Shown here: positions 9,968 through 19,480 of the stretch, one piece after another
Position numbering within the stretch: position 1 is the first letter of the stretch
How the letters are laid out: each line of letters starts with the position of its first letter
Assembly: GCA_002383485.1 (NCBI GenBank)
Contig: DFYY01000013.1
Coordinates: 40,270-104,269 of the forward strand
Source of the DNA: Bacteroidales bacterium UBA4070
Lineage (GTDB): Bacteria > Bacteroidota > Bacteroidia > Bacteroidales > VadinHA17
DNA length: 64,000 nt
Direction: 5' to 3'
The notes under the pieces: generated by a model
The model's input: the letters and a program-made list of their open reading frames with translations, nothing else
What the model was told of the DNA's origin: nothing
The model's database searches: none
Made by a program: the position numbers and the translations under genes

Positions 9968-12388
9968 ATGAAATTAACGGGAAGAATCACAATTCTGGCG
10001 GCTGCGGCAGTGATAGCCATGGCATCATCGTGCACCGGCAGCAAACAGGACGGCAATTATCCGATCAGGCCGGTGCCCTTTACTTCGGTCAAAATGACCG
10101 ACAATTTCTGGGCCCCACGCATACTCAAGAATCACGAGGTGACAATACCTATCGCCTTCGGATACTGCGAATCCACAGGCCGTATAAAAAACTTCGAGAT
10201 AGCCGGTGGTCTTGATACCGGGAAGTTTCAGACTATTTATCCGTTTGACGACTCAGACGTAACCAAGATCATCGAGGGGGCAAGCTACTCGTTGCAGACA
10301 TATCCTGATCCTGAGCTGGAGGCTTATCTTGATACCTTAATACATAAGATTGGTCTCGCGCAGGAGGATGACGGCTACCTCTATACAAACCGTACAATTG
10401 CAGAAATGGGTTATGGGAAGCTGCACGACTGGGCAGAGGGCAAGAGATGGGAGAAGACTAACATACTCAGCCATGAACTATACAACCTCGGACACATGTA
10501 CGAAGCTGCCGTTGCACACTACCAGGCGACGGGAAAGAGGGACCTCCTAGATATAGCCATAAAATCAGCTGACCTTGTTGACAAGGATTTCGGATGGGAT
10601 GCATTTGTAAGCTATCCCGGGCACCAGGTTATAGAGATGGGCCTTGTAAAGCTCTACAGGGTCACCGGAGAAAAGAGATATCTTGACCTGGCTAAGTTCT
10701 TCCTCGATGCACGCGGTACCCGTGAAGACGGAGAGGAGTACTCGCAGAGCCACAAGAAGGTTGTTGATCAGACAGAGGCTGTGGGCCATTCAGTAAGGGC
10801 AACCTATATGTATTCAGGCATGGCTGATGTTGCTGCCATACTTGGTGACGAAGCGTATGTCAATGCAATTACAAAGATATGGGAGGACCTGGTGCACAGG
10901 AAGATGTACATCACCGGAGGCATAGGGGCATCGGGTGGCAACGAGGGTTTTGCCGAACCCTACAACCTGCCCAACATGTCAGCATACTGCGAGACCTGCG
11001 CCTCTATAGGAAATATATTCTTCAACCACAGACTCTTCTCAATGCACGGGGAAGGAAAATACTTTGATGTGCTTGAGAAAACACTCTACAACGGTGCATT
11101 ATCAGGAGTAAATCTGGCCGGAGACAGATTCTTCTATCCCAACCCGCTGGAGTCGAGTGGTCAGCATGAGCGCTCTGCGTGGTTCGGCTGCGCCTGCTGC
11201 CCGTCGAATGTCTGCAGGTTCATTCCTGCTATACCGGGATATATATATTCTGTTACCGATAAGGATCTGTATGTCAATTTGTTTGCTTCAAATAATGCTG
11301 ATATCACTTTCGGAAATCACAGGGTGAAGGTGACCCAGGAAACAAATTACCCGTGGGAAGGAAAGGTAAATCTGGTCCTGGAACCTGAGAAGGCAGGCAA
11401 ATTCTCGGTTCGCCTCCGTATCCCGGGCTGGGCACGCAATGAGGCCATCCCCGGCGGATTATACAATTTTGCAGGAGAATCGGATCAGAAACATTCAATT
11501 GCCATTAACGGAGAACCTGTTGAAACTGCGATTATTGAGGGTTATGCAGTCATTACCAGAAAATGGCAGGCCGGCGACAGGGTGGAGCTGGATATACCCA
11601 TGCCTGTCAGGACTGTTGTGGCTGACGAAAGGGTAAAGGATGATGAAGGCAAGTTTGCCGTTCAGAGAGGGCCGCTTATGTTCTGTGCCGAATGGCCTGA
11701 CAATTCGGGTGGACATATTCTTGGACTTGTTATTGATGAGAATCCGGAGTTCAGCACTGAATACAGGGCTGATATGCTAAACGGAACCCAGGTCATAAGC
11801 ACCAGGGCCAGGGAGGCTGCAAGGAACCTCGACGGATCGATTTCACTCGGTGAATACGGGGAACTGACGTTGATCCCGTACCATTTATGGAACAACCGCG
11901 GGGCAGGGGAGATGAAGGTGTGGCTGCCTTTCAGGGAGACGAGTGCCAGGCCTGCGCCTGCACCGACTGTTGCATTTACGAGCAAGGTGAGTGCCAGTAC
12001 GCCCAACAGGGCTCTCTCAGCAATCAATGACCAGCTGGAACCATCCAATTCAAATGACCATACATGGCCTTACTATCATTGGTGGCCCAAAAACAACGGA
12101 TGGGAGTGGGTCAGGTTTGATTTTGCCAAACCCGAGAGGGTCTCAAGGGTAAAGGTATACTGGTTTGACGACGGTCCGTTTGGCGGTTGCCGGGTACCTG
12201 ACGAGTGGACGGTTGAATATCTGAGCGGCGGCAGTTGGAGAAAAGCAAACCCGTCTGCTCCTCTGACAGTAACGAAAGATGCCTGGAATTCTGCCGAGAT
12301 TGCACCCGTATTGGCTTCAGGGATCAGGATCAATGTCAGACTCAATAAGGAATTCTCTTCCGGGATACATGAGATAATCATTGGATGA
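9968..12388 (+). CDS. GH127 beta-L-arabinofuranosidase-like lipoprotein with C-terminal beta-sandwich (discoidin-like) domain
   Basis: Lipobox ASSC; DDSDVTKIIEGA, HELYNLGH, AVGHSVR, YCETCAS, WFGCACCPSN; ~140-aa extra C-terminal Trp-rich domain. Confidence 0.9.
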   Translation: MKLTGRITILAAAAVIAMASSCTGSKQDGNYPIRPVPFTSVKMTDNFWAPRILKNHEVTIPIAFGYCESTGRIKNFEIAGGLDTGKFQTIYPFDDSDVTKIIEGASYSLQTYPDPELEAYLDTLIHKIGLAQEDDGYLYTNRTIAEMGYGKLHDWAEGKRWEKTNILSHELYNLGHMYEAAVAHYQATGKRDLLDIAIKSADLVDKDFGWDAFVSYPGHQVIEMGLVKLYRVTGEKRYLDLAKFFLDARGTREDGEEYSQSHKKVVDQTEAVGHSVRATYMYSGMADVAAILGDEAYVNAITKIWEDLVHRKMYITGGIGASGGNEGFAEPYNLPNMSAYCETCASIGNIFFNHRLFSMHGEGKYFDVLEKTLYNGALSGVNLAGDRFFYPNPLESSGQHERSAWFGCACCPSNVCRFIPAIPGYIYSVTDKDLYVNLFASNNADITFGNHRVKVTQETNYPWEGKVNLVLEPEKAGKFSVRLRIPGWARNEAIPGGLYNFAGESDQKHSIAINGEPVETAIIEGYAVITRKWQAGDRVELDIPMPVRTVVADERVKDDEGKFAVQRGPLMFCAEWPDNSGGHILGLVIDENPEFSTEYRADMLNGTQVISTRAREAARNLDGSISLGEYGELTLIPYHLWNNRGAGEMKVWLPFRETSARPAPAPTVAFTSKVSASTPNRALSAINDQLEPSNSNDHTWPYYHWWPKNNGWEWVRFDFAKPERVSRVKVYWFDDGPFGGCRVPDEWTVEYLSGGSWRKANPSAPLTVTKDAWNSAEIAPVLASGIRINVRLNKEFSSGIHEIIIG

Positions 12389-12461
12389 CAAGCATTAAGG
12401 TCATTATTTAAATCGTTCGCAAAAACATTTGCAAATTATTATCCATGTAAAAAAAATGTTT

Positions 12462-12564
12462 TAAATTGCGTAAGGAAGCACAAGTGTAATTTTTACATTA
12501 AATAATTTTAAAAAGTGATTTCAGCACTTGTTTTTGTGATTTTTGAAGTGTAAAATTAACACGT
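12462..12564 (+). promoter_or_regulatory. Promoter with two candidate AraR operators upstream of the SGBP-susC-susD cassette
   Basis: TAAATTGC (-7-like) at 12462-12469; AAGTGTA-ATTTT-TACATTA at 12482-12500 and AAGTGTA-AAATT-AACACGT at 12546-12564 (each 12/14). Confidence 0.68.
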
Positions 12565-12700
12565 AATAACAATAATTTAAATTTGGGCTATTGAATTACC
12601 CTTGTTGACAGATATCAAAAGTCATTTCCAGTGCTTGAGTTTCCCAAGCCGACCAGGGTACAAGAGTAATATTATGCAAATGAACTAAACCTTATGATCT

Positions 12701-14386
12701 ATGAAAACAATTAGACTGATGAAATGCGTTCTGTGCGCAACAGTACTGGCAGCATTTGTCTTGGTTGGGTGCGAGGATTTGTATATTTATTCAATTGACG
12801 CGCCCTCTGATCTGCAGAGAAGGATCGACTCCATTGCAGCTGCGAAGCCAAGTACTGGCGACACTACTTACCTCACTATCATTACATCGATAGTCGGACC
12901 TGAAGATAACAGTGCCGGTTGGTGGGCTTACTTCTCTGATTACTTCACAATTCCTGCAAACAAGTTATTGCATCTGGAGTTTATTAATCACGGTACCGGA
13001 GTCAATAACTGGAACAACTGGAATCTTGCCCTTGCCAATGCACAGCGTGATGCCTCTGGCTATGCGGAATACTTTCTTCTGCGTTCTGATGCTTATGGCT
13101 GGGGTAATGCTGATTATGACGGTGCCATGATCTCCCACAACTATTCCGACATTGACGGAGATGACGATATTTGGAACGACTTCCGAACTACAATGCAGGG
13201 TGCTTTTGTTTCTATCGACGTTGACCACTCTGTTACCGGTAATGTATTTGTAACATCCACTGCCGTTGGAACAAATGGTGTAACACTTGTCCAGACATAT
13301 CAGCAACCTGTTTCTGCCACTGATGATATCGTAGCTTTTCTGGTTTGCGATGGCAGTTCTTTCGTAATGAAAAAGGCATACCTGATTCCTTCGAAAAAAG
13401 CGGTTATAGAAGATGTTGAGCCTGTTTCAATAGCTATTTCAGGAGCTCCTGCATTTGTTGAACTGGGCGACGAAAACTTCTGGGGTGATGCAATAGCTAC
13501 TGTTACATTCGCTGACGGATCTTCCGAGGTAGTTGATTCTGCAGATATATCATTCAATGTTATCCCTGATATGACTACACTCGGAAAGAAGACAGTTGTC
13601 GTGGCTTATAGCAAAACCAAGCAAGGCGCATACACCAAGGCCATAACAACAGTCTACAGCCTGGAGGTGACAAACCCTGTCACAAGTCTGGCCGTTACCA
13701 CAATGCCAAACATAACCACGTACTATTACTTCAGGAGTGACTCCATAATATTCAACCCCACAGGCCTGGTAGTAACAGGTGCGTATTCCGACGGAACAGT
13801 AGCTGTCATTCCAAACACAGCTCTCAAGTTTGGTAAGATTCCGGCTGCCTCAGGTCCTCAGGTCGCAGTCATTTCTTATGTCGGGGCAACAAAAACAGTT
13901 ACTGTTAACTGCCCGTTTACTCTTGTACAGGGAGTGAGTCAGGTAGGCAATACTGACTTTTCTTCCGGATGGTGGACGGCTTTCTCTGAGAATTACACAG
14001 TCGCATCAGGTTCCAGCGTGACGATTAGCATGTACTGTTACTCCAGCCAGGTTAATAACTGGAACAGCCCATGTACTATTCTTCGCAAAGCTGACAATAC
14101 CGAAAATGCCGTAGTTCGCATGGACAGTTTCGGATGGGGCCCCGGCTATGGCACAGCCACCCTCACATCAGACTGGAACTGGGATACATTCAAATCAAAG
14201 ATCAGTGGCTCACGGATAGTCATTACAGTTACAAACAACGGTAACAATACCGCTGATATACTTTATAATGTCACCTATGACAACGGCGAAACACATTTCC
14301 AGAAATATGCCGGTATAACGGTTGACAGTTCTGATCTGACTTGCGCACTCGTAACAGAGGGGTCTTACCTTGTAATTGTACAATAA
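12701..14386 (+). CDS. Surface glycan-binding lipoprotein (SGBP-like) with two bacterial Ig-like domains between two homologous Trp-rich domains
   Basis: Lipobox LVGC then acidic EDL; Big_3-like segments (VSIAISG...ATVTFADG, SLAVTTMPNITTY...GLVVTGAYSDG); internal duplication GWW/VNNWN/GWG; directly upstream of susC. Confidence 0.75.
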   Translation: MKTIRLMKCVLCATVLAAFVLVGCEDLYIYSIDAPSDLQRRIDSIAAAKPSTGDTTYLTIITSIVGPEDNSAGWWAYFSDYFTIPANKLLHLEFINHGTGVNNWNNWNLALANAQRDASGYAEYFLLRSDAYGWGNADYDGAMISHNYSDIDGDDDIWNDFRTTMQGAFVSIDVDHSVTGNVFVTSTAVGTNGVTLVQTYQQPVSATDDIVAFLVCDGSSFVMKKAYLIPSKKAVIEDVEPVSIAISGAPAFVELGDENFWGDAIATVTFADGSSEVVDSADISFNVIPDMTTLGKKTVVVAYSKTKQGAYTKAITTVYSLEVTNPVTSLAVTTMPNITTYYYFRSDSIIFNPTGLVVTGAYSDGTVAVIPNTALKFGKIPAASGPQVAVISYVGATKTVTVNCPFTLVQGVSQVGNTDFSSGWWTAFSENYTVASGSSVTISMYCYSSQVNNWNSPCTILRKADNTENAVVRMDSFGWGPGYGTATLTSDWNWDTFKSKISGSRIVITVTNNGNNTADILYNVTYDNGETHFQKYAGITVDSSDLTCALVTEGSYLVIVQ

Positions 14387-14411
14387 TCACTCTGATAAAA
14401 AATATTTAACC

Positions 14412-17400
14412 ATGAAATATTTATATTTTGTCATATTGGGATTGCTGGTGATCGCACCGGCAACATATGCAGAAGACTACGGTAATGCCGACCAGACGTC
14501 TGCCGTTCAGCCAGCTAACATTACGGTAAAAGGCAGAGTTGTTGATGAAAGCGGAGAACCGCTTCCCGGCGCAACCGTATTGGAAAAAGGTGCTACAAAT
14601 GGTACCAGTACCGGCCTTGACGGGAGTTTCTCTCTTTCTGTTCCTTCAGATGCTACGCTGATAATTTCTTTCGTTGGACATCAAAATATTGAAATAGCTG
14701 TAAGCGGAAGAACTGAGCTGGGGAATATCATATTGGTTTCGGGATTGGAAGAGCTCGAACAGGTTGTAGTAATTGGTTACGGTACTCAGCGCAAGGTTGA
14801 CCTTACAGGCTCTGTTGCGATCGTCAACACTGAAGAGATGAAGAAAGTATCACACTCAAACATCTCAACAATGCTTGAAGGAAAAGTAGCCGGTATCCAG
14901 ATTACAACTGACGGACAACCGGGAGCAGACCCTACAGTACGTATTCGTGGTATCGGTTCGTTCGGCAGCACTGCACCTCTCTACGTTGTTGACGGTGTAC
15001 CCATGGGTACAACAATACGCGACTTCTCGCCAAACGATATCGAATCACTTCAGGTACTAAAGGATGCTTCTGCCGCCGCAATATATGGTTCGCGCGCTGC
15101 CAACGGCGTGGTTATAATCACCACAAAGCAGGGGAAGCATAACGAAGCCATGAAAGTAGACTACAGCGGCTATGTTGGTTTAGACCAGGTGGAGAAGGGG
15201 GTATATGATGTAATGGATGCCTATCAGTATGCTCAGTACGTCACAATGGCATACACTAACAGCGGCATGGATGTTCCTGCCGGATACGATCCTTCAAGCC
15301 CTAATTATCTCGATCCGGATGTAGTTAATACAAATTGGTTCGATGAGGCGTTCAAGACCGGTATTCGTCAGAATCACAACATCAACCTCTCAGGAGGTGG
15401 CGATAACAATACTTACAACATCGCTCTCGACTACTATAGCCAGAAGGGAACAATGGAAGGTGCCGGTCCTAATTTCGACCGTTACACTGCCCGCATCAAC
15501 AATTCGATGGATGTTAAGTTTATCAAATTCAAAACGAATATAGTGTATAGCCACAGTGATCAGGACAATATGGCTCTCAGTAACGCCAGTGAGTATGTAC
15601 AGGGGCTGTGGGGTGCACAATATCCGGTAATGGCTTCGGCTCTGCTTATACCTCCAAGTATAAAGGCTTACGATGAGTCGACCTGGGTTCTCGATGACAA
15701 AATTCCGGCTGCTACGGAATATACCTATGACTCCTTCGGTTATGGTACTTACTATGACGATGTTCACGGAGACTTGCGGGTTACGAATCTGCTCCTCACC
15801 AATAACCTTCTGAAAAGAAATGTCGTTGTTGACCGCATTGTTGCTTCCGGTTCGGCGATTTTTGACCTCATTACATTGGTGGGTCTGAAGAGCAGCAATC
15901 ACAAGTTTGATTACAACCTCAACTTAGCCTACAGCAAGACGATTGCAAAAGACTTTACGTTTGTTCCTGCGTTCATACAGAGTACAACAAACTACCTGTC
16001 AAAGGCAGATGAGACCCTGACGGAGGGCTATCGCAACTACAGCACTGCTCTTATCGAAAACACTTTAACATACGATGGCAAATTCGGACGCAACCACGTC
16101 AATATGGTTGTCGGCCAGACATACGAGCACGAGCTCTTTCATACGGTCAGTGGCAGCGGTGTCAACATGCCTGAACCATACTTTCTGGAATTGCGAAACG
16201 CGGAGGAAACATCATCAACAAGCCCGGAAAACGAGCACAAGCTGGCATCATATATTGGTCGTCTCAACTACGATTTCGACGGGAAATATCTTTTGTCGGT
16301 TACAGCACGTCGTGATGGTTCGAGCCGTCTCTCTTCAGCTGATCGCTGGGATTGGTTTCCGTCTGTATCAGCAGGTTGGCGTATTGATCGCGAAGAATTC
16401 TTTCCCGTTGATGAATCTGTCATCGACCTGCTCAAGATTCGCGCCAGCTATGGGGTACTTGGTAATGAGAACATAGGCGAATACCAGTACATGGATGTCA
16501 TGTCGAGAGGTAATTACACCTATAGCTTCGGAAATAATAAGGTTACAGGCTCTGCAATATCAAATTATGTAAACGAAGCCATCAAGTGGGAAAAGAAGAA
16601 AACGGCTGACGTTGGTCTTGATCTCGGGATGTTCAGCAATCAGCTGGAATTTACATTTGACTGGTATAAGTCAACATCCGAAGACCTTCTTTACAGTGTG
16701 GCAGTGCCGTCCAATGCAGGTGCTACAAACTCAACTGTAACGATGAATGCAGCAACAATGGTAAACTCAGGTCTTGAGTTCCTGGTTGCATACCACAATC
16801 ATCAGCGCGCTTTGAAGTTTGACGTTTCTGCAAACTTATCCACCCTCAGAAACGAGGTGACAAAGCTGGGTGTTTCAAACGAACCTCGTACTGACGGCTA
16901 CTGCCGCACAGAGGTAGGCCGTGAAGTTGGTTCATTCTATGGCTACGTTTACCAGGGTATCTTCCAGTCGCAGACAGAGATAGATAACCGAGTCAACTCA
17001 GAAGGAGAATACATCAATCAGAGCGGTGCGCAACCGGGTGACTGCATATACGCAGACCTTAATCTTGACGGTGAAATTACGAACGAGGACCAAAAATACC
17101 TGGGCAGCGGGATTCCAAAGGTTCATTACGGATTGAATGCACGTGCTGAATGGAACGGGTTTGACCTGAGCATATCGACATTTGGAGCCGCAGGATTCAA
17201 AGCTGTTGATTTTGTTGACGTCACTTTGCACAGCTCATATTTTATACTCAACAAGAATGTTGATCTGTTGGATGCCTGGAGACCGGATAACACTGACACC
17301 GATGTGCCCCGCATAGCATACAAATCTACAGGTTCAATCACCAACGATATGTTCAGCCAGCGTTTCATACAAAATGCATCATATCTGAAGATTGCCAACA

Positions 17401-17609
17401 TCGAACTGGGCTACAACTTCTCTGACAAGTGGTTTGGTGGCTATGTTCAGGGTCTTCGTTTATACGCATCGGCTCAAAACCTGGCCACATTGTCCAAATA
17501 CAGGGGTTACAACGTAGACTTCGCAGGAGGGACTTTCACTCCCGGCTACAATTATGCTTCGTATCCATCACCAAGGACTGTAATGTTCGGAGCACGATTC
17601 TCATTCTAA
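14412..17609 (+). CDS. susC: SusC/RagA TonB-dependent transporter
   Basis: Likely start MKYLYF at 14412; VKGRVVDESGEPLPGATV, VVVIGYGTQRK, PLYVVDGVP, LKDASAAAIYGSRAANGVVIITTK, RRDGSS; C-terminal Phe. Confidence 0.97.
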   Translation: MKYLYFVILGLLVIAPATYAEDYGNADQTSAVQPANITVKGRVVDESGEPLPGATVLEKGATNGTSTGLDGSFSLSVPSDATLIISFVGHQNIEIAVSGRTELGNIILVSGLEELEQVVVIGYGTQRKVDLTGSVAIVNTEEMKKVSHSNISTMLEGKVAGIQITTDGQPGADPTVRIRGIGSFGSTAPLYVVDGVPMGTTIRDFSPNDIESLQVLKDASAAAIYGSRAANGVVIITTKQGKHNEAMKVDYSGYVGLDQVEKGVYDVMDAYQYAQYVTMAYTNSGMDVPAGYDPSSPNYLDPDVVNTNWFDEAFKTGIRQNHNINLSGGGDNNTYNIALDYYSQKGTMEGAGPNFDRYTARINNSMDVKFIKFKTNIVYSHSDQDNMALSNASEYVQGLWGAQYPVMASALLIPPSIKAYDESTWVLDDKIPAATEYTYDSFGYGTYYDDVHGDLRVTNLLLTNNLLKRNVVVDRIVASGSAIFDLITLVGLKSSNHKFDYNLNLAYSKTIAKDFTFVPAFIQSTTNYLSKADETLTEGYRNYSTALIENTLTYDGKFGRNHVNMVVGQTYEHELFHTVSGSGVNMPEPYFLELRNAEETSSTSPENEHKLASYIGRLNYDFDGKYLLSVTARRDGSSRLSSADRWDWFPSVSAGWRIDREEFFPVDESVIDLLKIRASYGVLGNENIGEYQYMDVMSRGNYTYSFGNNKVTGSAISNYVNEAIKWEKKKTADVGLDLGMFSNQLEFTFDWYKSTSEDLLYSVAVPSNAGATNSTVTMNAATMVNSGLEFLVAYHNHQRALKFDVSANLSTLRNEVTKLGVSNEPRTDGYCRTEVGREVGSFYGYVYQGIFQSQTEIDNRVNSEGEYINQSGAQPGDCIYADLNLDGEITNEDQKYLGSGIPKVHYGLNARAEWNGFDLSISTFGAAGFKAVDFVDVTLHSSYFILNKNVDLLDAWRPDNTDTDVPRIAYKSTGSITNDMFSQRFIQNASYLKIANIELGYNFSDKWFGGYVQGLRLYASAQNLATLSKYRGYNVDFAGGTFTPGYNYASYPSPRTVMFGARFSF

Positions 17610-17620
17610 GTGTGTAATCA

Positions 17621-19393
17621 ATGAAACAGGATATCAAAATGAAAAGTATAAAGATATTTATAGCAATATTGGCGCTTGTTGCAGGCATGACAGCCTGCGA
17701 TGATATGCTCGATGTTACGAACCCGAATAATCAGACAACCTATGATTTTGGCGATTCAGAGTCAGAACTTCAGGAGGTTATCATTGCATGTTACAACCGC
17801 ATTCGCCTCGAAGGCACGTTTTCCCGCGTTGGTTACACCATGGATGCAGTGCGTGGCGATGAAGTATGGAACTCATCCCAACAGTGGTATCTGGAGTATG
17901 ACAATCTCAACTCTCCGGGTACAATCGGAATAGGTGACGAATGGATCTGGCGTGATTGCTACCATGTAGTAAACCGCACAAACTTTGTGTTGTCCAAAGT
18001 CGATGCTGTCAATATGTCGGAGGATGCTTATAATCAGATAGCCGGACAGGCTCTCTTCCTCAGATCTGTGGCATACTATGAACTGGCTACGTATTACCAG
18101 ACTGTTCCGTTGATCACAGACTATGCATCCTATTCAGACATAAACACCATGTATGCCTCCAACAATTCTCAGGACGAGGTGTTTGACCAGATAGAGGCAG
18201 ACCTCGCGCTGGCCATGCAAATGTTACCATCGCGTGATAAAGGCGGTGAATGGGCTCTGGGTCGTGCTACAAGCGGCGCTGCTGCCGGATATCTGGCTCG
18301 CGCACTTATGTTCCGTCATAAATTTCCTGAGGCTTATGCTATACTGAAGGACATCATCGCCGGCGTGTACGGGCATTATGAGCTTACAGACGACTATGGT
18401 GACAACTTCAGGGAAGGTGCGGCATACGAGAATAACTCAGAAAGCCTGTTCGAAGTTCAGTTTATGGACTATGGCACGGGTGGTACGGACCAGGAGTGGA
18501 CTCCGGTAAACATAAGCTCGCAGGCAACTCAGGGTCATGCTGTGGAAAGCAACTACGCATCCCAGCAACTGGGTAGCTGGGGCGATCTGGCCGGTTCTCC
18601 CTGGTTGTATAACCTGTTCAAAAAAGAGAGTTGTACAGATGGCCGTCTTGATCCTCGATTGTACTGGACCCTGGTTACATATGAAAGTGAATATAACGCC
18701 TATACCGGTCTGAAAACTGCAGCATATCCTGATGGAGATCCTCGTTCAAATACTGTCTATCAGCAGGACATAACTGCAACTCCTCTGTCGAATACGGCTC
18801 AGGGCGGTATATCAATAGCTAAGTTCACCAATGCAAGAAACAACATCTACAGTTCCATAACCACAGGATTGCATTGCGGAATCAACCTGCGCCTCATGCG
18901 TTACAGCGATGTTTTGCTGCGTGCAGCAGAATGCGAGAATGAAATCAACGGACCAACACAGACGGCTATTGATTACATTAATATTGTGCGCCGGCGCGTT
19001 GCTCTCCCGGATCTTGAACTTTCCGATTTCCCGACTGCAGATCATCTTTTCGAACAGATAGCAAACGTTGAGCGTCCCAAGGAGTTTGGTTGCGAAAACG
19101 GTCGTGGAATTGACCTGCTCCGCTGGGGATTCTTTTACAGTACAGATCGCCTGAATCAACTGGTTGAACATGGTTTCTACAAGCGTGATGGCACAGCCTC
19201 AACAGAGGAACTCACAGCGGAAACCGCTGATGATTCATCTTTCAACTACTACTACAAGGGGCATGAATATTTCCCGATTTTTCAGTCTACTCTTAATGCC
19301 AATCCCAACCTTACCGGGAACTCGGCAAACAAGAATGAAGATAACGGACCTGCCTACTTGCAGAAATGGAGTGTTCGTCCGGTTGTAGATTAG
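17621..19393 (+). CDS. susD: SusD/RagB lipoprotein
   Basis: Lipobox MTAC-DDML; GQALFLRS, VPLIT, LMRYSDVLL..AEC, VRRR, E.GR.IDLLRWG, FPI motifs; follows susC. Confidence 0.95.
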   Translation: MKQDIKMKSIKIFIAILALVAGMTACDDMLDVTNPNNQTTYDFGDSESELQEVIIACYNRIRLEGTFSRVGYTMDAVRGDEVWNSSQQWYLEYDNLNSPGTIGIGDEWIWRDCYHVVNRTNFVLSKVDAVNMSEDAYNQIAGQALFLRSVAYYELATYYQTVPLITDYASYSDINTMYASNNSQDEVFDQIEADLALAMQMLPSRDKGGEWALGRATSGAAAGYLARALMFRHKFPEAYAILKDIIAGVYGHYELTDDYGDNFREGAAYENNSESLFEVQFMDYGTGGTDQEWTPVNISSQATQGHAVESNYASQQLGSWGDLAGSPWLYNLFKKESCTDGRLDPRLYWTLVTYESEYNAYTGLKTAAYPDGDPRSNTVYQQDITATPLSNTAQGGISIAKFTNARNNIYSSITTGLHCGINLRLMRYSDVLLRAAECENEINGPTQTAIDYINIVRRRVALPDLELSDFPTADHLFEQIANVERPKEFGCENGRGIDLLRWGFFYSTDRLNQLVEHGFYKRDGTASTEELTAETADDSSFNYYYKGHEYFPIFQSTLNANPNLTGNSANKNEDNGPAYLQKWSVRPVVD

Positions 19394-19413
19394 GGATCAT
19401 TCTCTGGACTTAG

Positions 19414-19461
19414 AGACTTCCTTATCAGCATATTTTTTGTATGTTGGTGAGGAAGTCTTTT
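19414..19461 (+). terminator. 19-bp RNA hairpin between susD and GH43 (leaky terminator or stabiliser)
   Basis: AGACTTCCTTATCAGCATA-TTTTTTG-TATGTTGGTGAGGAAGTCT pairs fully on + with three G-U wobbles; followed by only TTT. Confidence 0.7.
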
Positions 19462-19480
19462 GAAAGAAAACAATTTTGGC

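Noticed and set aside
12513-12529. Third operator AAGTG-ATTTCAG-CACTT
   Set aside because: The spacer is 2 nt shorter than in the other sites; may be chance or another factor's site.
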